Below are positions 11,457 through 40,621 of a DNA stretch of 64,000 bases, piece by piece. The first letter of the stretch is position 1. Each line of letters starts with the position of its first letter. The DNA is from Nymphaea colorata (Eukaryota), in NCBI RefSeq assembly GCF_008831285.2, contig NC_045138.2:33542001-33606000 (forward strand). The letters run 5' to 3'. The notes under the pieces were generated by a model, which saw only the letters and a list, made by a program, of their open reading frames with translations, made no database searches and was not told where the DNA came from. Made by a program: the position numbers and the translations under genes.

Positions 11457-11750
11457 TTTTCCAGAAGTCGATGCAGTACCAGAGAAGATCGTCCGATGAG
11501 GGGGTGATTTGGTGGGGGTTGTCAGTTATTACTTTCGCTCCAAGGAACGTCGACTTTTTGAAGGAAAGAGAGAGATCAGGTTCAGCCTGAATAAAGCGGT
11601 ACAGGAATGCTTTTCTTTAATTTAAACTATGTGCAAATATAAGCACATACTAACAAGTACCAAGCATATAAGTGCAACACCAATCAAGTCAACCACACAC
11701 CATATCAACCAACATTAATTGTTGTACAAGGCCCATATAGGTTCAGATGG

Positions 11751-13364
<1,614 letters not shown>

Positions 13365-16300
13365 CTGGGACATGATTTAAATGTAAAACAATGAGAATTA
13401 AGGTCAAGTGGTTGGTTTCCTAAGTCAAATATTGGAAGCTGAGAAAGGCAGCGACGGACCAATACACTGAATTAAATTTTACACATCAAACAAGTTAAGA
13501 AAACCAAAACAGGACTGCTTTCTGTCCATAATAAGTCCTAAAGTTAGTTACCATGTCTATTTCATAAACAAAAAACGGTTTAATCAACTGATAATATAAC
13601 AAGCGAGAAGCATGTCCTACAAGTTTTGCCAAGTTCACAACTGTTGATTTTGAAGATCGAAAAGAACCTATATTAGTCACTTGATGAATATTGTGCATAC
13701 TCTTTCCCTTCTAATAATGCCAGAGTAAGAGTTCATTTAATCTTTGAATCTGCAAATCATGTGCAGATCCAGATAACAGGTTCCATTCATGAAGCAAACG
13801 GTACCTTTGAAATGCCTTCAATCTCGAATCGGAATGGCACTATACAACAAGTTGAAGTCCAGTCCAGTCAGCAATGATCCTGCTTGTGTGCTTGACGCTT
13901 TCGATCATGACTGATTAGTCATAGAAACTTGATCACCTCGAAGCATCCCCAGTAACCATATTGACAACACTCTTCTTATTGCACCTTACACCAGTATCAA
14001 CCGAACTAACATATGACAATAGATTCAGCAGAAGAAAGTACGGCAGCACCAGTAAAGATGCGTAAATTACATTGTGAAAATGCTGGGTTGCATCTTAAAT
14101 CTCCCCTGAGTTAAGACTCATGCGAACTTCGGAAACAAGAGATTTTTACATTTATTGTTCTCACATCAACAATTTGCCTGAATCATGACTGTAAACTAAT
14201 GAGACCCTGAAATCTGAAGTCGAGAACGACAAACGCCCTTTATCATTGGAAAATCTGCTTTTAAAGACAAGATTTTACACCGGTCCTGTTTGGAAAGAAG
14301 ATCTAGTGTTACACGATGTTACAAGGCTCGTTTATTCACTTATTACTTAACTGTCAGCATAATTTGACTTGAACGTCAATGCAATTACTTCAGACAGATC
14401 TGCACTCCCACGATCAATTAAATACCAGATGCAACGTTTGTTTTCTCCTGATTAAATTTAGATGCAACCGATGGTAAATTTCTTTAAATATTTTGGCACA
14501 CCTATAACTGATCCCATAGGCTTCCCTGATTTCTAAACAATACTGACAGACCCACGCCGTCATGTATCGTGAATCTGAAAAATATAAATATACACCAAAT
14601 TTGAATGGTAACAGGCATATTATAAGGTATGGGAATCTTGTATTTAACTGTTTGAATTATATAGAAAAAAAGGTTAAACGAAGCACTTCAAATTTAAGCT
14701 GGTTCTTGTTGTACAACAAGAAGGGAAGATATGCTTACCAAACAACCACCGCTATAGCTCAATAGTGGCGACGAAGACAACCGGTATTTGTCTATACCGG
14801 TGCTTGTTTCCGACGCTATAGCCACTTATACCGATGACATTATTCCCCGCTAGATCAACTTCTACCGGTGCTGTTTGTCGCCGTTGGAAACCTTCACCGC
14901 TGTAGCCCTATAACGGTGATTTTTGCCACCGGTATACATTATTGTAACTAATCATGAAAACCAGCCGAAAATACAGCCGGTTATTTGGAGCGCACGCCCA
15001 AGACCGCGAAGCGTGCACAACCCTGGCAGACACACTAGGCATGCACCTAAGATGCCGGCCTAACTCTCAGCTCTCTCACTCTCTATCAGTCTCCGTCTTG
15101 TGATTTTTAACACTAACAGCTTTGAGGGTTAAACAAATTTATCTGTCTAATAAACTGTTTGTTTATTAAGAATCCACTTCACATTTTGATTTCTGCACCG
15201 GCACTCTTGACTTCCTAATATGAGCTAGTTTGTCATTCTAATTGCCTTCATTGTTCGAAAGTTGCAGTCCACGTTATTTCCTATTTCAGTTGTTCAATTT
15301 CCTTTAGCATTGAAATTACGATTATTTAAGTTTGTAGAATCTTGATCAGTTACCCTCTACCTGACAAATGCAAGGCGCTTGGAGGAATTCATGTCGAACA
15401 CGGGATTTTCTGCGGGTGTTTCTCGTAATATGATTGCACAGAAATGTTTTGAGGAATCGACCTCAGTTTGATGCTTGAAATCTTGGATGCCAGTGGTATA
15501 CCTGATCATTCAGCAATGCTTTTGAGGTTCCTGAGATATCCTTCACAGCAAAAGCGCGCACGATCAATCCAACAACCACCATTCACCTTTGGTAGCTATA
15601 TCATTGCATTCTTCATATTGCTGTCCAGAAGCATGTTTGCACGAAAAAACTCCATCAAAATTAATTCCCCTCTAGGAAACAGAAAGGTCCCTGCGACAGA
15701 TAGATTATGGATCTCAAACCAAACATATAGTGACCATGAACCACATAGATTTTTACAGAGACCAACATGAGTATGTCTAATATTTAAACAGTTTAACCTA
15801 TAGCTTAAAATGTGAACTAAGAACAGACTAAAGAATACAAGCCTGGTTTATGTTACCATGTACGCACAATCCTCATGAATGAAGTTCTGCTAGGAACCCG
15901 AATAAGATTAAGTAAGTCTGGCAGACTTAACCACCCAGATTTTCAATCCCTTTTGTACATATCTCTAAGTCTCACTCAGGGCCAAAACCCATCATTGATA
16001 CGCAAAACACATCAATAGCAACCACAAACAAAGAATGGAACTTGCAATACTGTTGATTTTAGAATGTCTCAATGGAAATTAAGTCATATTATGGCCGAAC
16101 ACAACTAGCTGCATCAATTGGATTATGATGGCCTATTCAGTAAGCATCATCAACTTATGGACTAACAACAATCTTTTTCAAAATCAAAGCCAGAACCTTA
16201 CCAAGAGTAACATTGTCCACGAGTTAATGTAAATGAATTATGAAACAAGATCAATGGTAAATTCTCACGCATCCTTCCAACTTCATCTTTCCTCAATGTT

Positions 16301-17927
16301 ATAAATAACACATAACTATGGTACAGGAAACGTCACATGACCAAAAAATCAATGCATCATCTATCAAATGGATAAATAGAATACGTAGTTTACCTTGATC
16401 TATGATTTCAAAATTGCAAAAACAAGAGATATCATAATTAAAAACTTAAACGTTAAACAGACAATTTTTGTATATATAAGAAAAAACCTAGCTATTGTAA
16501 ACAGAGGTTCAAGAATTGAAAAAGTTGAAAACAAATGCAACTGAATCCGACCAGGTTTTGGTTCCTGATAGTTTGATTGAGCTGTGGTTCAGCATCAATC
16601 AATAAAATTTGGTTGATATTTAAGACACACATAAAACGTTGGCAAATTGCATAATTTAGGTTAGAACGACCAGTAAAATTACTCCCAGTACTTAACAGTT
16701 ATCGAAACAAATAAGTTCTTATTATGTATGATTACTCCTTGGAATCTTCAATAACTTAATCATAAAATTTGAACTTCTATAAAATCTTTTATAAAAAATA
16801 TAGACCCAAATAGACCCTGGAAGTTCTGTGCTAGTTTACATGAAGTCATCCTATATTTTACCTTCCGCTTTAAATGTGTAATTAATGTCTTTTAGGAAGC
16901 TTAACGTTCAAGCTTAAAAACTTTAAAGAACATCAAGTGAATTGGACAATTTGTTGGTTGGCAGATGAGCATCTTGGACATCAACAAGGCTAGTTTGGGG
17001 GTGACAGACAGCTTTGAAGGGCGGGCATCTTGGACTGTTCTTGGTGGACAAGCATCCTTCAAGCTTCTATGTGTGTATGTATGTTACATGAATGGTTACA
17101 TGATTGATTAGCTACTTATGATGAATTGGTTTTGAATTCTAGTATGAGTTATTAGTAGAGAAGTTCACAAGCCAAGTTCGAGGGATAGAGAATCACTTTA
17201 TAGTTTATACTCACTGGTTAACATGGTATATCTAATACAATTTGTAGCACATAAGATTGTAGAAAAAAAAGGAAAAAGAAAAACAGAAGGAAGGCTTCAG
17301 CTGAGAAATCTATATTGCAGCTGGTTGACTTTGGTTATTTTAGCATATATCAGTTCCTTTTCTTATTTTTTTTGCTTTTTTTATAATTTCAAATGAAGAA
17401 ATTCTCTCTCAACACAAAGCCGAAACCAACACCAGAGGATGAATTCCAAGAATCAAATGTAAAATTTGGTTGAACTTTCAATGAACAGGCAACGAGGGTT
17501 TTTTTTGGCCGGGCATCTTCAACCTTCTTCCTTTCCATTCTTTGGCTTAGCTTTTAGCTTGAGCCTTGTTGTACTTTTGGAAATACCGATGTGAGTGGAG
17601 GATGTGTGAAAAATGCAGCTGTGCAGCTTGAAGACCAGAACCTATCCTCTCATCTCCTTTCTTAAGAACATCGGCTGCACTTCCATTCTCATCCCCATCT
17701 TTAGGCATATTATTTCTATGTTCAAAAATAGTGCATAAAGATTGCTATATCCGTGAAGGAATCCCAAGCATAGGATAAATTTAGCTCTTACTGTATAATG
17801 CATACCAAAAGAAGTCAATCAGCAGCACATTTGATGAAGGATTTCTACATGGTTACTCGTTTGGGAAACTATGTCTACTACACAATTCAAAGACCGAGCT
17901 ACAGAATATCAATCTTTAATATTATAC

Positions 17928-18053
17928 CTCTTCTGTGACGACGCCATTTTGGACAAAGTATTGACAGCCATTGATAGGTCAGCCTCCATCACAGCCACCT
18001 CCACACATAGACCCACAACATGCAAGAATATTGTTAACTGACAGTGAGGTGCT
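17928..18053 (-). pseudogene. Second copy of the cathepsin B-like exon, with nonsense mutation
   Basis: Matches 9171-9296 but the W codon is TGA. Confidence 0.88.
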
Positions 18054-18434
18054 CTACAGGAAAAGACAACTGTAGTTAGTAAACCGAACAAAAAAAATAA
18101 GGACCAAAACTGTGGCGGCAAAAGCGAGTGGCTCGATTCTCATTCAATTGTTGATTTTCCTAAATCCGATCCTTAAAAACCAGAGCAAGTCAAGGTCGGA
18201 ACCCTAGGCACATCCCCACAACAATCATGCACACTACAAGAAGACCAAGTAGAACGAAAATCAAAACCCTTGTGATTGCTTTTAAGATCAAACTCTCTTC
18301 CCCGTCTGATATTGAATTAGAACTTTCCTATTTCAATTGTCCCAACCCAGCTGTCTTGAGGTCATAGTCCTTGAGATTGTGAGTGGGCAGAGGATGACAA
18401 GGCCAAGGTTCCAAGACATCGAGCATCCCAGCCC

Positions 18435-19390
18435 GAGAAACCCTTACTTACTTTTCTCCTGTTTGAGGTAGCCATCCCCGACTTTAACATGAGCGTCTGG
18501 AGACAAAGAAGTTATCGACTGTGATCACGTACTGGCTCATCCGTTTAAGGAACGCATTAAGGAAGAACCAATGGGGGAAAAAGAAAGGGAGCACCGCTCA
18601 AGGGCAGACAGTCTGAATCCGTTGATGCACAAAAGCGCCATATCCTGCATCAACGATTTCCATAAGCACCACAAGAATAAGAAAGAAATCTTGAAAACTT
18701 GCCATGTTCGAAATATCCAAAATCCAATAAAAAACACAAAAAACATAAAAATAAACACTCTGGAAACCCGCCCCAGAAACCGTAACTCACCTTTCTCCCG
18801 TTCGACGTAGCCATCCCAGGATTTAACATGAGCGTCAGGAGGCGACGCTCACAGAAAGTTATCGACTGTGAGCACGTACTGGCTCATCCACCTGAGGAAG
18901 GCATTTGGGAAGAACCAATGAGGGAAAAGGAGAGGGAGCACCGCTCAAGGGGAGAGTGCGAATCCAATGATGCACAAAAACTCCAGATCCTGCGTCAGAG
19001 ATTTTCAAAAGCACCAAAAAAATAAAAAAAGAAATCCTTAAACTTCCTCTGCTCGAAGTATCCAAAATGAATCCAATAAGGAGTGCAAGATGTGAAATAG
19101 ACGCTGTCGAAACTCGCCCAGAAACCCTAACTCACCTTTTTCCTGTTCAACGTAGCCATCTCCGACCTTAGCACAAGCGTCTTGAGGCAACACCCAAAGA
19201 AGTTGTCGACTGTGAGCGCTAGGACATAACCAAGCGTGTTCTGGCCATCATCGATATCCCCATACTGGTTCATCCGGCTAAGGAGGGAATCAGGGATGAA
19301 CCCTTACCCTTCGTGTCCATGTTGGGGGGAGAGAGAGAGGGCACCGCCCAAGGGGAGAGCGCAAAGCGTTTCATTGATTTACCGCCTGAA
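18435..19390 (-). repeat. RPS9-derived ~340-bp array, 3 units
   Basis: Unit starts at ~18435, ~18775 and ~19120. The first unit is a chimera of units 1 and 2 of the 9678 array. Confidence 0.88.
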
Positions 19391-20285
19391 ATCAGAAAGA
19401 TCTTCAGGTATGAATAAACAAAGACTCCCAACTTTAAAAAACAAATATTTTGATGCTTAGTTAGCAAAGTACAAAATATATAAAGATCTTTCTGACTTTA
19501 AAATCTCCACCGACCTCCCTTCCTTACATGTACAAAAAGAGGAAAAGTGGTGGCAAAAGCCAGTTGTTCCAATCAAATTTGTTTATATATAAAGATGCAA
19601 AAAATGAACGTCCATTAATTTTCGATTTTCTGTTACTGTGTCTTGTTGAAGAAGACTACTTATATGTATATATATCTGTCTATTACCAGAACTTGTTTTA
19701 AATGAGACTGGATTGTCAATTCATCTTTCTCTTCCTTCCATTTTTTTTTTAAGTTTTCTCCTTACACAAACATTTTCTTCACCATAGAATTGTCGATTTC
19801 AGAAATATTTATTTTCTTTGAAAAAACTTTATAGTAATATTAAAAAATGAAAAACTGAAAAAATAGGGAAAACTGTTTTTTTTTTTTTAAATAATTTGAT
19901 CCATTTTTATTACACTTTCCCCATTTTTAGTTTTTCTCCTTTTTAATGTTAACATCACCATGGATAGAGGATGTAATGTTACACGGCCTTACAAGTCCCG
20001 TTTATTCATTTATTATCTAACTTTCTGCTTAATTTCACTTGAACATCAGTGCAATCACTTCAGACAGATCTGCACCCCCACCGTCAATTAAACACCAGAT
20101 GCAACGTTACTTTTCCGCTCCTCAAATTGAGATGCAACCGGTACTAAATTTCTTTCTTTAAATTTCTCGGTACACCTGTAAGATCCTACAGATCAGTTCC
20201 CCGATTTCTAAGCAATCCTGACAGAGCCATGGCGTCGTGTCTCGTCCATGACATTAGCGTGAAAAATATAATCACGAGAATGTAC

Positions 20286-20358
20286 AGCTTTTGAATTTCA
20301 TAAAAAAGTCATAAGCTTTTGAATTTCATAAACAAGTCATACGCTTTTGAATTTCATA
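20286..20358. repeat. 28-bp tandem repeat x2.6 upstream of kinase gene 1
   Basis: GCTTTTGAATTTCATA occurs at 20287, 20315 and 20343. Confidence 0.9.
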
Positions 20359-21057
20359 TGGTGGTCATACTTTTGCTGTCAACTATCGGTCAAGTAGCTA
20401 GGGAACTTACGTTGAAGTGTTCCAGTTTGAAATTGCGACCCTTCCATGCCTTCTTATAATGTTCTTGCAAGTTGAAATGTGACTCTTCCATCCCCCACAG
20501 AAACTGGAAGTGCATCGCGGTCGTTTCTCTCCAACTGTAAACCTAGCTGGAGATAATGGTAAGAATCCAGCTCCTCTTCGAGTTGCTGCCAGCAAAAGTG
20601 TGTCACTGCAGAATAGAACAGCAGTTTCATTCATGCAGAACAGAACAAAAGAAATGGAACTTAAAAAGCGCCATGCACCCAGCTACTGAGAAGTAGTTCT
20701 GCATGAACTTGGGACTTGGTTCTTCCTTCACCAAATTGTTGTGGACTAGGTCAATCTCCAATCCTACTCAACCAAGTCTGAGTGAACGGGTCTGATCATC
20801 ATGGGCCTGGAAATACTTGAATCTGCTAGAGATGAAGACCAACAAGTGCATTAATGAGTCATCTAATCTAATTACTGTTGCAACAGCTAACCATTGTTAG
20901 TAGAACAGGGTGGGTCAAATCTGCAAAGGTCAGAGGACAAGGCTAGCTGTCCAATCATTTACTTTATTTATAAATATTTTGGTGCACATGCCATTCCTCT
21001 ACTTCCTTCCCTGCTTTCTTTTATTATGTTCATCGAGTGGAGCCAACATCTTTTGAT

Positions 21058-26546
<5,489 letters not shown>

Positions 26547-26648
26547 TAGTCAAGAATACAAGAATTGACGGTTTCAGAGGATCGTTATTGGTTTTGATGT
26601 TTCTGAAATAATTGGACCAAATTTGCTGCAAAATATGATACTCTTTGT

Positions 26649-26682
<34 letters not shown>

Positions 26683-27891
26683 CTTAACAGAATTTGGATG
26701 CATCTAAATAGTCACCGTTTTGTGATTCCCCAGTTTCTTTTGAGATTTCATTCAGAAAATCTAATGGACAAGGTTAGATGAACATAGGTCATTCACGGGC
26801 GGCCCCAACATAACCGGGAAAAGTAGAGGCTGGAAAATGGATTCTGAGCATAGCCAGTTGAGAACCAACAGGACATGCCTTGTGGAAATGAGATAAAAAA
26901 ATCCTAGTTAATCTGTCTTCAAGAAAAAAAATTACAAATCTTATTTAATAATCTTAATTATTGAAAAGCAGCATTTCAGCAGCAGCAATTGGGCTCGCGG
27001 GAATTCAAAGGGGACCAAATAAGCACCTTAGCACATTGAAATAGCACAAAAATGAAAAACTTCTCTTTGAACCAAACGGTAGATGCTTTCCTCCTCTCCC
27101 ACTTCCTCTTAATTTCTTCATTACTCTTGTGTTGCCAGTGCTGCAACTCTCCCATATCTTCAACCATAGTAACTCTTCAAATTGGAGAAACGACCCAGGA
27201 CATTGTTTCATCATGAATTCACCATTAATGTGGTTCAAATAGCCACAAATCGCTAACTGGGTTTCTAAGGGGAGAGGGTTGTAGTCTCTATTTTTACGGA
27301 TGAAGTTAACTCAAGAAAAATGAAATGCAGAATCGATTAAGCCCCGAAAGGTTAATACAGGTACACATATATGTGGGCATCGATCGAGCAGAATCAATCT
27401 GGCGTGAACAAAAAAAGGAAGTGTCTGAACAAGCTCAACTGTATCAGATTAGGAATGCTGCCCATTGTCACCGCCATTAGCCGCACATCCGGCCAATATC
27501 GTATCCCTTCGTTTACACCGTGTGTGAATTACACAGTCCAACCGGAAATTTTCGGAATGGTACTGTGCAGCATCCCTGCATTACAAAAAGCTGATTCCAG
27601 AGGAAAATTTTACAGAAAAGTCTTCGAACCCCGGAAAACTTTTCCGACCCACAGGCAGAGGGGCCGGACAATTTTCCCGGGATGAAAAAAGGTACCCGTC
27701 AGGGCTTCACGTCATTCTTCACCGTCTCGGCGCAGTCGCGAAGAAGGCCTCGTTGTCCCACCCTTCGTCTTTCTTCGCTGGCGCTGCCACCATCACCTAA
27801 GCCGGTCTGTCCACCGCTTCTCGAACCCTAAATTTTGACTTCTCTCAAAAAAGCAGAAGCTCAGTACCGGGAGCAGGGCCTCCATTTTCCC

Positions 27892-28440
27892 ATGGCGTAC
27901 AAGAAGGAGGTCGCCATCTCCAACAAGGCCGCTTCCCTCGCTGCCCAATTCTACAAGGTATCTCTCTCCCACCCCCACTCCTCGCCCCCGGCCGCTCCCT
28001 CCCCCCCCACCCTCTCACACTTCGTCGCAGCTCCCAACAATCTTCTTCTGTGTAACTATTTAAAACAACAATCCATCATTTGTTGTTTTGTTTATTTTAA
28101 TGGCAGCATGATAGGGGCACATGTTGACTGCTTGATTAGATGCATTTGGTTTCAGCTGGTTTGTGAAACGGATAAAGAAGGTCCCCTGCAGCAGCAGTTT
28201 TCTGCAGTCATTCTAAGATATCACCAACACACTGTCTTACCAAGTATGTTTTTCCTTTTTTCTTCTTGTCATCATAGGCAGGATACAGGCATATCGGTTA
28301 TGCTGAGCTATATGGCAACGAGAAAGAGATCGAAGGGTGGTGCAGGTTACGGTCCCAAAGCCAATGTCGACTTCGATGCCATGAATGTTGGAATGAGGGG
28401 AGTAGCTGAGCACACTGAAGAGGATCGTGAACTAAAAGGT
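27892..28440 (+). pseudogene. SAL1: SAL1/FRY1-like 3'(2'),5'-bisphosphate nucleotidase gene remnant
   Basis: 27892-27957 encodes MAYKKEVAISNKAASLAAQFYK|GT, 12/22 identical to remembered SAL1 MAYEKELDAAKKAASLAARLCQ. A weaker downstream piece CAG|..YGPKANV..VAE..EED resembles DYGSQAVV..VAEED. There is a GC-rich leader with a telo-box at ~27824. Confidence 0.6.
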
Positions 28441-29677
28441 AACCAGATTTTTTTCTTTTCCTGCTCATCAACCACACCTTCATTTTGGATTGTGTATGAT
28501 TGACCTATTCCTACCTGTTCCTGAATAATTCCTCAGGGCCATCAAACAACCTCCATTCTTTCAACACATAAAACCACCAAGCAGTCATTGTACACCTCTT
28601 CTGGCTCACCAGAAGATGCTCCTTAAGATGGTCCCTGACAAATGGGCTCCTTACCTTCTCACGTCTCTTTCTTGTTTTCAATGGGACGCCGATGCAATAA
28701 CTTCTGTTGTTCAGATGATTGCGAAGGGATGTGTACCCTCCCTCGCCTTCAATTTGCATAACTCGATCCGCCAATTTCCCTTGCGTCAAAGCAATTTTGA
28801 CATGGCCATGTGTCTGTTCGTTACCTTCGTCATCATTATTGCTATTATGTCGTCACATCTCTCCAGAAGAAGAAAATTTATTTGGAGGCATACCATTATC
28901 ATACGGTCGTAACTGATCTTAAACGCTCTCACATTAAGGCCGTAGGCTTCACGTCAAAATAGCCAAACACGAAACACCACCGTTATTTTTTCACGACCTC
29001 ACTTACAGTCACTTGAAAGTCGTCGGTGATATGTGATGACCAAAGTAAGTGGCTGTTAGAATCTAATTTTCTTATTTATAAAGAGGCAGCAAATGAACGT
29101 CAATTGTCGATTTTGTGGGCAATTCCCCAGTTTTTAAAGTGGACTACTTTCTCTTGATATGTTCATCATGTCTCATCTCGTCACCAATTTTGTGAATAAA
29201 TTTTCCATTTGATCGGCTCGGCTTTTGTTTAGATCTGTTCACGTTTATATATAAAATGTATGTGTACATATGCATGTAAAGAGAGAAAAGTGGGGCCCGT
29301 TGAATGGGTAGGGAGAGAGAACAGATCAAGTCAACGGGCCCCACTTCTTCTCTCTCTCTCTGTGTGCCGACTTTCATACGGCTATCTTCTGTCACTCTCA
29401 GCATTCATTCAATCCAAAGGTAAGGTACCGTGCTTGTAACGAACATGCTAACCAAAATAAAATAAAGGACATGATGTTAAGTCTCTAGGGCTGCATGCGG
29501 ATCTGTTGCCAGACAATCAAGTCACCAAAAGTGGATTGTAGAAGATGTAACTTAACAAGAAACATGAGAGCATTCTAAGAATCTGGGTGTGGTACTATTT
29601 CCTTCTTATTAGCATCTAGCTCCACTGCTACCCCATCTTTGTTTCCTTCTCGACACCTGCATTGATTAGCTGTTGCT

Positions 29678-33788
<4,111 letters not shown>

Positions 33789-36624
33789 GAAGCTAGCAGT
33801 ACTCTTGCTGCGTTTATCCCTTCAGGGTCTCTAAAACTTTATAAGATCTTTCTCGTCGCTCCGACCATTTTCTAGCTCTAAATGCATCACGGACATCCAA
33901 CTTTGCGGTTCTATTGATACAAGTCGTAAATACTTTTTGACTGTTGATCAACAAATGCGTCATATGGCAAACGTTTTATACGGTGACTCCCTTTATGGAA
34001 AGTTATTTTTATCATGCAGATTATTATACAGTGTGTTCTAAAATGTTGTGTTATTCTTTGAGAAATCTCAATTTCTTTGCATTGCATTTGTAGGTCCTGG
34101 ATTAATTCTGATGATTGCATTTGTATGGCTACAACCCTGCAACAAAAAAGAAAACACCTTGAAGGTTAATTTTTGAAACTTAATTGTGTAAACAAAACAT
34201 CATTCATTGACCGATAGAGAAGTGATTCTTTTTAATAAGAGGTATTTTCCATTTTAAATTAGAAGTCGATGTTTGTTTGTGAGATAGGCAGCCCCTTGAG
34301 ACTTTTTCTCAAAAAATTGTGTTCATATTTGTAAACTTTTAAAAATTGAACGGTGATTTGTTTTTTATAATTTTTTTAAAAAATATTGGAGGTGTAAACT
34401 TTGATTGCCGTGTTTGTTTCTGCTCTAATACGGTTTAAGAAGTATAGTTCGGCCCCTCCTAGACAAAATTTCTAACTTTTTTCCCGATCCTTAAGCAGGG
34501 TAAAAATGTCAATGGATTGGGTGTCTCATCAGACTGCTTAAAAAAAAAAAAAGTTAGTCACCGGAAAAAAATTAACATCAGATAAAAATAACGTCTAACC
34601 GAGTTTGAATTCAGATTAATATTGAAATTGAGGTCTAAATATCGAAATAACATCAGGCTGCCAAAAATGCTTTTTACAGTCGTCATACGTGCACCCGAAT
34701 ATTATAAAGTAAGACGTGAAGATCAAACGCCCTGCTATATATTATTTTCCTTCTTGCTGGCTTTTCTTTCTCATAACAGAATAAATGCCTCCGGCGATGA
34801 AATGTAGTGGAATATTTTGCTTCTACGAAGTTGATGATGTAGTTTAAGTAATTATTGTTAGCTCAAATTCGAGCCAGCAATCATCGAAATCAGTCATCCA
34901 GATTTTAATTGTATTGACATTTAATTGTGAAATTGCATTTTGAATCTGAACCCAAATTTGATTGGTAATGGTACCAAGATTTGGATAAAGTACTCCAAAA
35001 AATTATATATGAAAAATGTCCTCATCATCCTAGAATTAGGAAACAGCGATAACTTTTGGTATATATCTACTAAAATATTTTCTTTGTAAGGGAGAAAATT
35101 GAAAAAAAAAACATAAAAAATAAAATCCAATGCTGGCAGTTTCATGGGAACTTGTTACAGAATTTCCGAGTCGGTCCAAAGCTCTAGAGAAGCATCTGGA
35201 TGGAGCCATAGCTCTGGCTGCCGCTCTTTTAACACCATGAACTTGGTAATCCGATCCTAAGAACACCAAAACTTTATCATCTGTCTGTTCTCGTTGCCAA
35301 ACAGTTCCTAAGAAGGTAATTGGCCATTCTTTATTCCATAAACTTGTTCCAGAAAAAAATGAATGCCCTATTATATACATATGACAAAAAATGGGTTGCT
35401 TCTGTTGTTAGGATGTGTGCCCTCAATTTAAAACCCGTAGTAAGCGTAGAATAATTCGATCCACCAATTTCCCTTGTGTCAAAGCAATATATCTGTTCCT
35501 TACTTTCGTCATTATTATTGCTATTATGTCTTCGCATCTGTGAGAAGAAGAAGATTTATTTGGAGGCATACCATTATCATACGGTCGTAAATGATCTTAA
35601 ATACTCTCACGTTAAAGGCCGTAGGTCTCATTCTGATGAAAAGAACGTCCAAATAGCCAAACATGAAAACATCACACTTTTTAATTCACTCACTTATGAT
35701 CACTTGAAAATCATCGGTTACATGTGATGACCTATACAAAATTCTTTTTAAATTATCTTTTTGCTCCTAAAAATTTTAATAAATTACCAGTGGCACTTCT
35801 TTTTTGCACATTTTTAAAATCTAAAGCCTCCCTTCGTTACCGAGAAAAAGTGGTGGCAAAAGGCAGTTGTTAGAATCTAATTTTCTTATATATAAAAATA
35901 CAAAAAATGAATGTCCATTAATTTTCGATTTCGTGGGTATTCAATTCAGTTTTCTCTTTCTTCCATTTTGTTTTAAGTTTTCCCTTTACACAAACATCTT
36001 CTTCACCCATATAGAATTGTCGATTCCCAAAAATGTTTATTTTCATTAAAAAAATATTAATATTAAAAAATAGAAAAAGAAGTTTTTTTTTGAAAAAGAT
36101 TAAACCTGAATCCTACCGTACATTATTTATCATCGCTAAAAACATTATTTTTATAATTTTGTCTAATGATTTTTTTATGTCTTTTTTGGTTAGTTTTTCA
36201 TTTATTTTATTTTACCTATTTTTCTTTTACAAATTGTCAATTTTTTTTCCGGAGAAAAAGCTCTCCAACAAATCACCTGATAGAAATGAACGTCTCTATC
36301 AAAAACCCGATATTTATGACAAAAGATGGAGCCCCATTTTGAAACAAATTCTTCTGCTTACATTCAAGGGGCCCAACTACTGTCAAAAGGGCTGTCATTT
36401 CTTGTGGTCAACTTGGTTGCTTTTGTTATCGTCATTTTTTTATAACTTTATTCAACTTTTGCTCTCTCTGTCGCTTCTATCACTCTCAGCATTCACTCGA
36501 TCAGAGGGGTAATGTACTGTGCTTGATCCCGGCATGCTAACAAATAAAAATAAAAAGGCTAGATGTCAAGTATCTGGGGGTTCATCTTTGTTTTTGGAGA
36601 CACCTGCATCGATTACCTATTGCC

Positions 36625-40621
<3,997 letters not shown>

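Noticed and set aside
27835..28503. 222-aa ORF as a real protein
   Set aside because: It starts at a non-ATG codon and runs through intron-like sequence. Only short parts resemble SAL1.
36033..36512. 159-aa ORF upstream of gene 3
   Set aside because: A low-complexity F/L/K/I translation of AT-rich promoter DNA.
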